This document shows, piece after piece, positions 15,180 to 27,389 of a stretch of DNA of 64,000 nucleotides. The stretch is from assembly GCA_964016885.1 (NCBI GenBank), contig OZ024740.1, forward strand, positions 367,226,001 to 367,290,000, in the 5' to 3' direction. The DNA is from Eledone cirrhosa. Taxonomy: Eukaryota. Position 1 is the first letter of the stretch. Each line of letters starts with the position of its first letter. A program made the translations under genes and the position numbers. Below the pieces are notes generated by a model. It did no database searches, was not told the origin of the DNA, and worked only from the letters and a program-made list of their open reading frames with translations.

Positions 15180-15460
15180 TAAGAATATGTATATATATAT
15201 CTGTACGGTATCCATCCTTCACCAGTGTTGAACGATGAATTAATTTATTAAATAAATAATCAATTAGTCAGAGCCTTATACAATTATAAGTGGGAAGAGC
15301 AAATAAATAGAATGTTAACTAATTTTACTTCAATATTCCGACTGCCCTTCCCATTTATAATTTCATAAATTTCTGAGAAATTGATTATTTATTCAATTAC
15401 TTCATTCATCAAGCAAAACTGGTAAATCATGGACACCTTATATAGGCGTTTATTCTTATG
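15180..15460. repeat. Old, diverged fold-back element
   Basis: AATAAATAATCAATT...ATTATAAGTGGGAAGAGCA is mirrored by TGCCCTTCCCATTTATAAT...AATTGATTATTTATT. Confidence 0.55.
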
Positions 15461-16227
15461 CATCTTCTATAATTTTTGCATATACTCCCTCAATGTTGAG
15501 TAAGAAACGAGGCTGAAATAGACTTCATTTTCTAGTAACTATGCTACTCAACAATATATATATATATATATAATTACGTAGAGCACGGAGCGTATATGCA
15601 TAAACACACATGTACCGTGTCGTATTTTGATAGTATTGTATAAGCTCAATGTACGAGAACAGAGCCGTTATATATAAAAGAAATCAAAGAACGCTTACAT
15701 ATGGCGAGGATTAAAATTACTTTGGGCTTTCTGGAAGTACTTTAAGAACCTCTTAGAACTTATATAACTATAAGTTACGGAGATCTTATTCACTTGTTAT
15801 ATTAGGAACCCGCACTTAAATTCCTCTGGCTTTTTGTGTGCTTAAAACTTTTTCTTTTTTCTTATTTCTTTTTTCTTTTTTTCTTTTTTTTTCTTTTTTT
15901 CTTTTTTTTCTTTTTTCCCCTTTTTCCTTTTTTCCTTTTAAACATTTTTTATCTTTTTTTATCTTTTTTATTTATTTTTTATCTCTTTATATTATCTTCC
16001 TTTTACTTTTTTATTATATGTTTTAACCATTGTTTACACGTTTTGCTTTTGTGTGCCATCACTTGTATCTGCATCTTGTGAAAAAATCTGCCTGTACCCT
16101 AGTATTTAGCTGTAGTGCTTAATAACTATCCCATCATGTACTCTCTCATTATTCGCCTTCTCCGATCTCCCTATGTTTACCCTCTATTGTATTCCAATTG
16201 TTTGTGTGACTAAGCTTGGTAGAGCTT

Positions 16228-16319
16228 ATACTCAGCAGTGTGTTTTTGTTTATTCTGATGAGATTCCTACCCAACGGTATGGATGAAACATTGTCAGCAA
16301 ATAAAAACTGTTTGAGTAT
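16228..16319 (+). ncRNA. Hammerhead ribozyme at the 3' end of a PLE-like remnant (~15580-16342)
   Basis: CTGATGA (16255-16261); stem II TCC-TACC-CAAC-GGTA-TGGA; GAAA-CATT-GTC. Extended stem I pairs ATACTCAGCAG...TTTTTGTTTATT with AGCAAATAAAAACTGTTTGAGTAT. (TA)n follows. Confidence 0.75.
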
Positions 16320-16336
16320 GTAAGCGTTCTTTGATT

Positions 16337-16374
<38 letters not shown>

Positions 16375-16382
<8 letters not shown>

Positions 16383-17117
16383 AAGTAAGTCCTTCATCAG
16401 TGACCCTCCAACCGTCCCAGGCATTTCATCGCTTTAAGGGCCATATACCTCAGGTTGGTGCGAACAACGGCTAAAAAAAGTCGTTGGGACACGTAAATAA
16501 AGGGGACGTTAGGGTGAACAAACAAAATGGTCTAAGCAACAGAAAGTGAGAAGAAAGAGACAAGTCCCAGATTTCTATGAATATAAACTCGGTGAAATCG
16601 TGAACAAGAGACAAAAGACCATCAAACCTGGTTGAAATGTGATCAAGGAAGGAATTTCGCACAGGTCTAACGGGGGGAAGAAGAAGGGGTCTGGTCTGCG
16701 AATTCGGTAAACATAAGTTCTGTGAAGTCGCAGACGAGAGAGAGAGAGAGAAAAAAAATTTCATACCGGCTTGGCCAAGAACGCGCGAGAAAAGAAATCG
16801 GACAGGTCAAGCGGGAAGAAAGAGGAGGAAAGAGGAGGAGGAGGAGGAGAGGTAGTGACAGAGAATGAGTGAGTGAAAGTTGAGGAGGAGGCTAACAGAG
16901 AGAGAGACTGCTAGAAATGGTAAAGATACAAAGAACGAAACAGACGGGTAGCAGCAGAGGAAAAAATATGTGTAAATATGATAATAATGGAGCTGCGCGT
17001 TGCAAATGGGATACATATGAAAAAGTAAGTCCTTCATCAGTAACCCTCCAACCGTCCCAGGCATTTCATCGCTTTAAGGGCCATATACCTCAGGTTGGTG
17101 CGAACAACGGCTAAAAA
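16375..17117 (-). mobile_element. Non-coding element with ~103-bp terminal direct repeats (640-bp period), pseudo-LTR/retrozyme-like
   Basis: 16375-16477 matches 17015-17117. The minus strand of the repeat has degenerate HHR-like words (CTGAGG...GAAA and CTGATGAAGGAC). It starts at (TA)n. Confidence 0.65.
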
Positions 17118-17161
17118 TATACATATATAAAAGAAAATTTCGCTCAACATGGCTGAATACA

Positions 17162-17584
17162 ATAAATGCAATCTGAGTTTTTCGAATATTAATAATAACA
17201 TTTGATTCGTTTGCAATTTTGCAAACAAGCCTCAATTTTATAGCCATGTCAGTAGAATGAACACTTCATTCTTGCTCTTGTGTTGGCATGCGAATAGAAC
17301 TGCAGACACTAATATTTCTGGGTATCACCCTTCGTAAGTACAGCTCACTGTTCACCTGCCAAACTGTCAGAACTAGTGAAAATATATACTATTTTCAAAA
17401 ATACAAAGTGACTGATCTGCCTGGTTTGCATATTAGCAGACTCGCTGATCAGTCGCATGCCAACACAAGAACAAGAATGAAGTGTTCATTCTAATGACAT
17501 GGCTATAAAATTGAGGCTCGTTTGCAAAATTGCAAACGAATCGAATGTTATTATTAATATTCGAAAAACTCAGATTACATTTAT
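17162..17584. repeat. Fold-back element (~130-bp arms, ~160-bp spacer)
   Basis: 17162-17292 is the reverse complement of 17453-17584. Confidence 0.8.
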
Positions 17585-17844
17585 ATATACATATATACAC
17601 ACAGTTCAAGAGTAACCAATCTTAAAGAGAGAGATGGAGATAGGAGAGGAGATAGGAGAGGAGAGATTGGTGAATTAGTGGTCTTGCTTTGCTTAACTAA
17701 TGAATATATATATATATATATATATATATAAGGAACAAAGTAAGTGTGGTAACAGACCAGGTGGACCACAACGCACCAGAGTACTCGATACTTAGGGTAG
17801 TAGTATGGGTAATAGGAAAAGGACCACGACGACCGTTTCAACAG

Positions 17845-17883
<39 letters not shown>

Positions 17884-17884
17884 T

Positions 17885-18620
17885 AAGAAAACTAACAACG
17901 AACGAAAACAAAACGAAAAAATAATTTTAAGGGGAAACCTTAAAAGTTATTCTTTAAAATAAAAATACAAACGAAGATTCCAGAACTCCATACTCATCGG
18001 CCGTTGAAATGAACTTAAGCAGGTTCGACCACACTGCTGGTACAACCGGGGTCACAGCGTCTGACATAAGCCAAACACTGTCGAAAGGAGTAAGAGACGA
18101 AAGACACAACATTAATTTATAGCCATTAAGGGAAAAGTCTGGTGCCTCATAGAGAACGTGAAACGCGAATGAAACAAAGAAGCAGAAAAAAAGAAAAAAA
18201 GAAAATAAGAAAAAAAGAAAAAAAGAAAAAAAGAAAAAAAGAAAAAAAGAAAAAAAGAAAAAAAGAAAAAAAGAAAAAAAGAAAAAAAGAAAAATGGAAA
18301 AAAAAGAAAAGAAAGAAAAAAATGAAGCAAGAAGAAGAAAGCAAAATATCCTATAAAAAATTGTAAGTCATTACAATTAATGTTTGTTTTTTGTCTCTTA
18401 CTCCTTTCGAGAGCATTTGGCTTATGTCAGACGCTGTGACCCAGGACAAACCAGCAGTAGGGGTTGAACGACCGATGAGCAAGGAGTCCTGTGTTCTTCG
18501 TTTGTATATTTATTTTTAAAAAATAATTTTTTAAGTTTCCCTCTTAAACATTTTTTTTCCGTTATGTTTTGTTTTTGTTCTTTGCTTTCTTGTCAATTTT
18601 CTTGTGTTTTTTTTACTTAT
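17885..18620. repeat. Fold-back element with (GAAAAAAA)n spacer
   Basis: GGTCACAGCGTCTGACATAAGCCAAA...TCGAAAGGAGTAAGAGAC at ~18050-18098 is mirrored at ~18393-18442. Flanked by (TA)n. Confidence 0.75.
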
Positions 18621-18671
18621 GTGGCGTATGTGTTTATGTCTTCTCCCCCATTTATTGAAATGGGTTATGAT

Positions 18672-18729
<58 letters not shown>

Positions 18730-18734
<5 letters not shown>

Positions 18735-19078
18735 TAATAAACACAATGAAATAAAACAAAGAACAGATTCCTTATATTGAAAAATTCATCATTTTGCGAT
18801 CGTTTCTGGGATATATATGTGTGTTGGTATGTATATCAAGTTAAAGATCTATGTAAAAGAATTACAAATTATCAAAGGAGATATACATACCTTCACATAT
18901 ACATGCCATCTTCTGAAGATGGCATGTATATGTAATTTGTAATTTTTTTACATAGATCTTTAACATCATATACATACCAACACAAATATATATCCCTGAA
19001 AGTATCATAAAATGATGAATCTTTCAATATAAGGAACCTGTTCTCTGTTTTTATTTCATTGTTTTTTTTATTAATTTA
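18730..19078. repeat. Fold-back element with HHR core and long stem II
   Basis: The arms are reverse complementary, with an internal hairpin CATATACATGCCATCTTC-T-GAAGATGGCATGTATATG. CTGAAGA is at 18913-18919 and GAAA at 18998-19001. The left arm retains palindromic GAAACGATCG on the minus strand. Confidence 0.75.
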
Positions 19079-19213
19079 TCTTGACTCTGTTTTCCTATGA
19101 TCTTTATCGTTCATTTTTGAATGCATTTTTTCTCTCTTCATGACATCTTCGATATTTGGATTACATTGTGTTCTTCATACGGATTGGGCACTACCGTTTT
19201 ATTTTGGTAGATT

Positions 19214-19307
<94 letters not shown>

Positions 19308-19311
19308 AATA

Positions 19312-19363
<52 letters not shown>

Positions 19364-19437
19364 TATTGAAGTTTCCGTTGAAAATTGAAAAAGTCATAGG
19401 AGTGAAGAGTGCTCTATGTAAGTAACGGAGCAAAATT

Positions 19438-19644
19438 TAATGTATAATAAACAATACAATATAATTACCTCATTACCAGAGGTTTCCCGAATAAGACGAA
19501 TACGACAAACGTCCTCATTCGTTCATCGGACAAGGCATTTTAGGAAATTGCCTTGTCCGATGAACGAATGAGGACGTTTTTCATATTCGTCTTATTCGGG
19601 AAACCTCTGGTAATGAGGTAATTGTATTGTATTGTTTATTATAC

Positions 19645-19648
<4 letters not shown>
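19438..19648. repeat. Fold-back element whose arms are HHR-like (right-arm HHR 19551-19618)
   Basis: Near-perfect hairpin centred ~19541. Right arm reads CCTTGT-CCGATGA-A-CGAATGAGGACG...CGTCTTATTCG-G-GAAA-CCTCTGGTA-ATGAGG. Confidence 0.8.
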
Positions 19649-19726
<78 letters not shown>

Positions 19727-19753
19727 TATAATATATATATATGAATGTATATA

Positions 19754-19835
<82 letters not shown>

Positions 19836-19841
<6 letters not shown>

Positions 19842-20935
19842 TAACAGATTAAAGTTTAAGCAAAGAATCGCTGCTTTCACCCTTAAAGGGATCTTCTGAA
19901 ACTAAAAATATCAATCTGTGAACGTAGAAGTAAATATTTCGAAAATCGTTGCAACCAAAGTAAGACAGGAAGACGATACTGGCTAAGAACGGAAAAACGA
20001 AGATAATACGTCATTATTTGAAACGGTGAAATAAAGTACTAGTAATGTACTGGGTATTTGCTGGCCTTGTGCCAAAAGTAGAAACAATTATTTGAAACGG
20101 TGAAAACAATTACACGCAAAGACCAAACCACGTTATGGTATAACTGAAGTTGTACACTAAAATTCTATTAAGGAAACCGAATGATTCTCGGCTTCAGAGT
20201 TAAGAATAATTTTTTCTACTTTTGGCACAAGGCCAGCAATTACCCAGTACATTACTGGTACATTATTTTATCGACCCCGTAAGGATGAAAGGCAAAGTTG
20301 ACCTCGACGGGATTTGAACTCAGAGTTAAGAATAATGTAAATAAATTACAGAGGTAATTGAAATCAACAAAAAATAAATATATACATTACCAGAGAACGT
20401 CTCCACTAACCACCCAATAGAATATGAGTCTACGACTTCATTTACACCATAAACGTGCTTTTGTGTTTGCGTGTAATTGTTCTTAGCGCTCCACATAATG
20501 CCGTATTATCTTCGTTTTTTCCGTTCATTGCCAGAGAACGTCTCCACGAACCACCTAATAGAATATGAGTCTACGACTTCATTTATACCATAAACGTAGT
20601 TTTGTCTTTGCGTGTAATTGTTTTCACCGCTCCAAATAATTGTTTCTATTTTTGGAACAAGGCAGGCAATCCACCAGTACATTACTGGTACTTTATTTTA
20701 TCGACCCCGTGTAATTGTTTTCAGCGTTCAAATAATGACGTATTATCTTCGTTTTTCCGTTCTTTTCCAGGGAACGTTTCCACGAACCAAAATATCGTCT
20801 TCTTGTCTTCCTTCGGTTGCAACGATTTTCGAAATATTTACTTTTGCGTTCACAGATTGATTTTTTTAGTTTCAGAAGATCCCATTAAGGGTGAAAGCAG
20901 CGATTCTTTGCTTAAATTTAATCTGTTATTATAAT
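19836..20935. repeat. Large fold-back element with internal 141-bp tandem units and SINE fragments
   Basis: 19836-20140 mirrors ~20590-20935. A 141-bp unit starts at 20390 and 20531. A degenerate HHR CAGAAGA-T-CCC-ATTAA-GGG-T-GAAA is at 20873-20896. Confidence 0.75.
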
Positions 20936-21042
20936 AAATATTTGCTCTACGGTTCTTATATAGTTAATATATATTTATCCTTATCGAGCCCTCTTTGGAT
21001 TTTAGTCTTCAAATTTATTATTATTACTATATATATATATAT

Positions 21043-21378
21043 ATAACAAAATAAGATGCTGAGGTCACATATATCGTTTAATCATTATAATTATTTCCAC
21101 GGTTCTCCATGCAATCGAGATGTCATTCATGCATTTGTTGTTGTTATAAAAACGGTATCCTCAGATGATATGCGATATGTTTGATATGCCGCCGGCAGGA
21201 AATGTCTGCTGGGCACACAAGCAATAGGACATGTGTTTTTTCCTGCCGGGGGCATATCAAACATATCGTTTATCATCTGAGGATACCGTTCTCATAACAT
21301 CATCAAATGCATGGAGAACCGTGGAAATAATTATAATGATTAAACGATATATGTAACCTCAGCATCTTATTTTGTTAT
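21043..21378. repeat. Fold-back element in (TA)n with an HHR in each arm
   Basis: 21043-21202 mirrors 21238-21378. Confidence 0.85.
21263..21350 (+). ncRNA. Type I hammerhead ribozyme
   Basis: Stem I ATATCGTTTATCAT/ATGATTAAACGATAT; CTGAGGA (21277-21283); stem II ACCGTTCTC...GAGAACCGT; GAAA (21324-21327); palindromic ATAATTAT; triplet AUA. Confidence 0.8.
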
Positions 21379-21542
21379 CTTTATAACAATCTCCATCGTA
21401 ACTAAAAACTACGATTGTTGAGAGCTTTCTCCTGCTTACTCCTGTTTTTACCAAAACAATCCCTTCTGAAAAGAAACACACACACATACACACACATATA
21501 TATATATATGCATATATATATACATACATATATATATATATA

Positions 21543-21605
<63 letters not shown>

Positions 21606-21949
21606 GAGTGTGTGTGGTGTGTGTGTGTTTATTTGTGTGTGTGTAATCGCCAGTAGAACTGAGACTGAGTTTAAAGATGATAGAACAATATATGAAAGCA
21701 TATACGATATTATTTAATTCAACAAACATATGGGACCCTAGCTATTAAAGTCAAAAATATTTCTATCTCTCGTTTGCTCCTCGAACATGTACATATATGC
21801 CAGTAGCAATTGAGAATGCCATAAAATACTGTTTCATTAATCTCTCGTCTGTTACAGTCATTCAACCGGTGCTGACATGAATTTTTGAGGATGGACATAC
21901 ATTCGCTGGAGAGTTTCATTTCATTTACATATAGTGTGAACTTATGCAA

Positions 21950-22030
21950 AATTATGAAGTTATTTTATGTTCACGCTTGGAGGAAATGGAGGAGGTGTCA
22001 ACGTTTCGGACAGAAGTCCTTCAGGGATGT
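21950..22030 (-). ncRNA. Degenerate Penelope 3'-end HHR
   Basis: Minus strand CCTGAA-GGAC-TTCT-GTCC-GAAACGTTGAC has a shortened core. It is followed by CTCCAAGCGTGAACATAAAATAAC, similar to CTCCAGAGCGTGAAATTAATAAAC at ~35163. Confidence 0.55.
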
Positions 22031-23949
22031 TCGGAAAAGAAGAGAACAGATGGACATAGAGGTAGTGTGAGAATGTTAGGAAAGGAAGTTAAGAAAAGGG
22101 GTTTGCGAGGAGAAAGATAGGTAGATGGTGTGCGTAAGATCCACCCTCTGGTATTTGTTTATTTTGGAGGCATTGTATCCACTTTGATTGCATCGGAAAG
22201 ATTGGACATGATTTTTTGCTATTGTGGTACGAAGACCTACTGATTACAAATGATGATTCAACCCTCATGAAATGTGTTAATAGGAATATATTTGTAGATA
22301 TCTGCATATGGAAGTTTTGACTTATATGCATATATCTCTAAGATATTTTTATAAAACACATATTTACATCGATATGCTTATACATAGTAAGAATTAAAAA
22401 CAGAAACATAGTGCACATCAACATGCAATCAAGCAAGCCCTCATACTCATACAAATTCACACTCACATCTATCTATATCTGTTAGTATCTGACAGTCTGT
22501 CTCTCGCGCTCTCTCTGTATATAAGTATTACACATACACATATTAAGAATGCTTATGTGTTTGTGTGTGTATGAGTATGTGTGTGTTTGTATGAATATGT
22601 GAGTGTGTGTATTTATGTGTCTTTTCTGTTTCACAAAATGGTGAAGGAAAGTGCACACAATGTCGTAAAAGCTCAGCAAATTAGATAAAAAAGGGTTTTC
22701 TTCTAACAAGTGATATGGCCTCTAAACATGTTTATAACAATGATAAGAAAGAAGAAGTAACTACAATGATTGTAAAAGTATTTTTAGATGAGAAAGTTTA
22801 ACAGGCTAATTGCAGCATGAATATAACGGCTACTAGAAGGCATTTCCTTTGTTAGTTTGTGTATAGCAATTTTTGAACAAAAATTCCTAGAGAAGGCAAG
22901 TATTTTTAGAAAAAGGACGAGAATAATAAAAGAAATACTGTATGTCATGGTATATGTTTACGCATTAGCGAATAATGCGTGTTACGAATCTTAAAAGCAC
23001 AAGAAAGCAATTTATGTTAATGTAATTGTCGAGACCCCCCCATCTCCACACACAAACATAAACACACACACAAGCAAATATACATATGCATACACACATA
23101 CACACCCACAAACACATCCATACACACAAGGAGGCACCCACCTACAAACACACACAGAACTTGCATATACGTATTCATATATTTATATATGCATTTACTT
23201 ACATAAGTATGCATATACGCGAAACACGCACAAAAAGAACACACACAAACGGACATGCACACACAAAAACACAGACAAATACTCGCTCATATATGTTGCA
23301 TCGATTTCAGCAATGTGCGTCCTGTTGTTCACTCAATTGAAAGTAATATTAGGTAAATTAACTAGCATGCGGTTCAGAACACCACAGAGATGTATACTCT
23401 TAATGAAAATCTCAGATAGAATCAGAGAGAGAAGGTTGAACAGTTCAACTACAGATTCAAACTTTTCTCTAATATCAAATTTTCCTAACAGGCTTGGCTC
23501 GACCCAAATCTATGGAAAAGTCATTTTCCTAAGATGCCACGCAATTCGATAGAACTCTTAAAGATTCTTATATACTTAGCTATGACAGCATCCACCCATA
23601 AAGCATGCACATTTACAAAACCGTATATGTGTGTGTACACAGAGACATATATAGATGATGGTTACAGCTCGATTTCGAGTAACGCTCTCGCTTGATAGTT
23701 AAGGATGAACATCAGGGACGTGGCTTTTTAGTCCTGCTAAGGACCTGCCTATAGCCAGCAATACAATGCATTGCAAAACACGTCACATATCAAGCGATGC
23801 CTGTGCTTCAAGCTTTTTTAAATGAGTAAAGGCTTTGCACTGGCCAGTCCCACACTCTGAACATCGAATTTATATGCCCCAAAAGAAGAAATGGTCTTCA
23901 TCATACAATCATACAGACAGACATAAACATTCACCCACGCAGACACCGA

Positions 23950-23992
<43 letters not shown>

Positions 23993-24004
23993 CCGCACAA
24001 ATAC

Positions 24005-24085
<81 letters not shown>

Positions 24086-24151
24086 GTAGAACACTGGAAG
24101 GTAATATCCGTAGTGGTAGAGCACTCAGTCCATGGGACGAGTTAGGTAGAA

Positions 24152-24298
24152 GTGGTTACACAACAGTTAGTTCACCATACCGAGAACAATTATTTCACCT
24201 TAGTGGATCCTCAGTTCGTAATGTCCATTACGACCTGAGGATTCGCTAAGGTGAAACAAATGTTCTCGGTATGGTGAACTAACTTTTGTGTAACCTCT
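24152..24298. repeat. Compact fold-back made of two back-to-back HHR copies
   Basis: Centre ~24223. Right arm reads CGAC-CTGAGGA-TTCGCTAAGGT-GAAA-CAAATGTT-CTCG (24231-24268). Left arm on the minus strand reads CTGAGGA-TCCACTAAGGT-GAAA-TAATTGTT-CTCG. Confidence 0.8.
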
Positions 24299-24521
24299 TC
24301 TATATATATATATATATATGTATGTCTGTATGTCTGTATGTATGTGTGTGTATGTGTGTGTGTAGGTGTGTGTGTGTGTGTCAAGAGATTAGAAGCAGGC
24401 GGCACAATTTGAAAATTGAATTCAATCAGTAACACTCCTTTTTTTAAATATAGAAAATGCTCTAATAATAACAAGCATACTGGGGGCTTATATGCTCTGT
24501 TATTTTTAGAAACAAAGGGTC

Positions 24522-24830
24522 AGCACCCTGACAGTACCGTTGATGGTTCTTCAGACGTCGTCAGAGAGGCTTAGCTCTTTTGGTTGCTAAGACGACAAGC
24601 TGAAAGCTTACAGTGTTTATGCTTATGATCATCGGTCTCATATCAATTACACTATGTCAGAGCATCACTACAAGTATTAATTGAAGCTCGCCAGCTTTTG
24701 CTCTATATACAAATGAACTTTATCACCCGATGTTTATAAGCACAACAACTATAAGCCTTTAGCTTATTTCGTCACAGCAACCAACAGGAGAAAGCCTCTC
24801 TGACGACGGTTAAAGAACCAGAAACGCTAC
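24522..24830. repeat. Diverged fold-back with HHR cores at the outer ends
   Basis: Right arm reads AGCCTCT-CTGACGA-C-GGTT-AAAG-AACC-A-GAAA (24793-24824). The left arm on the minus strand retains the downstream half, CGGTACTGTC-AGGGTGCT. Confidence 0.7.
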
Positions 24831-25064
24831 ATTCTATGTATGTATGAATGTATCTTCTTCTGATTTTATAATTTCACACATTTTTGCCAATAGAGAGAGA
24901 GTCGGTTTCTAGAATAATTTCAAGACTCTCTCATTAGAACTTACACAACTAGGTAGATATGCATGTGTAGATATGGATGTTATTGTATGTGAGGATGTGT
25001 ATGTTTTGAGTTGTATGTGTGCATGTGTATATGCTTTGTATCTGTACAAGTCTATATGCAGTTA

Positions 25065-26362
25065 TTAGATGCAAAATCTTTGGAATGTTTTTGATATTTT
25101 TACTGTTCCATTAACGGATTATATTTGTAATTTCCTAACTAGTTTTGTTATTTCTGTTCCTGTGGAGCCCAGCTTCTCAAGATTTGTATTAAGGCAGTTA
25201 CTAACATATCCCAGTGGCCCAATAATCACAGGCATAAATCTGAAGGTGTAATCAGGGTGGAGTATCTGCAGATTACTCATCAGTTCTGCATAAATATTCT
25301 CCTATTCGCTAATCTTTGATATTATATTGGCATCTGCTGGACAGCTAACTTCTACTACTGTGCATGCCTTTTTTTCCCTTTCCCATATCACAATATCTGG
25401 TCTGTTATGCCTGCATTTTATTGGGGTTTTTACTGGAACATTCTACTAGTACTCTGTCATATTATGCATATGTATGTCTTCCACATTTCTGTAGCTTTTA
25501 ATGTGTTTATTATCGGGGCTATCTTTTCTACGGATTGCATTGTACAGTGTTTTGGCCACTACACCATGCCTCATAGGTAGATAGTACCGCGATGACATCT
25601 TTGGACAGCTGCTTATGAAATGGGTGACATCTTCGATGTTAATTCTGCAGTCTGCACTTGTTATCACATCTAGACATCTAGATGTTTTGCCTGCATCCTT
25701 ATCTCTTTTGCGAATCAGGTTTTTCGTGTTGATTTCCTGTTCTTGGATTGCAAAAGCGTATCCTTCAAAGTGGGAGCCAATATAGCGGTTGTTGGTCCAA
25801 GATAGACTACTTTCTTTATCTATATTACTCTCACTCTGGAGCTTCCTCGCAACATATCCATGCATGATTTTTTCCTGATAAGCATGCAGTTTTTCATCCA
25901 TGGATTCACTGCGTTATTGCTGAGCGACTTGACTGGGTGTGGGTTTTTGATTATCACACAGGGAATACCCCTCAGGGAGTTCCTTCCCAACTCTCATGAT
26001 CCTATCTGTTTCATGCAGATAGACTTGCTCGAGAGACGGGCTCCTACGCTTTGTCGGAGGGATATGATGCGACATTCAAATGCTGTCTGGACTGATGTTA
26101 GGCCTCTGCCTCCTTGCTTACGTTTCAAGTAAAGGCGGTCTATGTCACTGCTGATGTGGAAGTTTCCGGTGTTGTTTAGTATTTTTCGAATTTCTAACAC
26201 CAATCGCTCGGATTTCGTCTATCGTCCAATTGAGTATTCCGAAAGTTGGTGTTAGGACAGGCACAGCAAACACATTGTGAGCCACTGTTTTGTTTTGCGC
26301 AGAGAGTTCCGATGACTATATCTTTCTTAATCGGGTGTAGTATTCCCTGGTTACACGTTCCT
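25065..26362 (-). mobile_element. 5'-truncated, decayed R4/Dong-clade LINE (family 3)
   Basis: DIDRLYLKRKQGGRGL, EGYAFAIQEQ, HFISSC (zinc knuckle remnant), RPDIVIW...VVEVSCP (restriction-like endonuclease). Confidence 0.85.
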
Positions 26363-27018
26363 TATGTATGTATGTTCTTCTGGTTTTATAATTTCACAAA
26401 TGTTTGCCAATAGAGAGAGAGTTTCTAACAGTTACAAGACTCCCTCATTGTCAATGTTTACATACATACATATGTGCATATTTATATATGAATTTTATAA
26501 CAAACTTTATATCCCCCAACCCTCGTTCACCTTCATTAAATTCATAACTCACCTGAATTAAAAATCATATATTTCAATATTAGCTATATACACCGACTCT
26601 CTTTAAAAAATATATACATTAACCCAACAGTTAAACCGATAAATTTACGACCACTTCCTATCAAATTTCTTAGTTTACCTATCCATGCTTGACCAATATC
26701 CAAATCCGAAACAAACACATCAACACTGTTTCATTGCCTTTTGATAATATTCTTTTAAGCCTGTTAACGACTTACAATACCTTAATTCCTTTCTGTATCA
26801 ATTCCTTCCACTCAAACCCCCCATCGCTCATAAATTCATAATACTCACATACAATGACATACACACATACAGGTATTCGATTTTATATATATATATATAG
26901 AGAGAGAGAAAATTGAGGTTGGTAATGGCACATGGAATATATAAGAGACAGAATACTTTTTTGTGAAAAAACATATAATTTTATAAGGTAAGGAAGGCAC
27001 AATATGACCCCCAAATAT

Positions 27019-27056
<38 letters not shown>

Positions 27057-27109
27057 ATATTTGGGGGTCATATTGTTATAATATTGCCAGAAATAATAAT
27101 AAAACACAC

Positions 27110-27149
<40 letters not shown>

Positions 27150-27389
27150 CTTTCTATTTATTTGCCACCAGGGTATCAAAGATTGGGACAATACAAGGGG
27201 GGGGGTTTACATATATTACAAAGGACGTATAAAAACATATAACAAATCAAATTAAAAAATCAAAGTCCTCAATAGGGTGGGGGCGTTGACGTGGGTCGCA
27301 CATCCCCCCGAAAAGAATGTGCCACCCTCCTCCTCAGGAGCACAAAGAGCGGGTGCTACCTTACTGTCCTCCTTCTTCTCCTCTCTCAC

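Noticed and set aside
20390-20790. CRISPR-like repeat-spacer array or prokaryotic system
   Set aside because: These are contiguous tandem units without unique spacers, the context is eukaryotic, and there are no cas genes.
24836-26450. ~100-bp direct repeats (24836-24935 and 26364-26450) as LTRs or a target-site duplication around Dong family 3
   Set aside because: They are too diverged and do not abut both element ends. They are more likely two copies of a small dispersed repeat.
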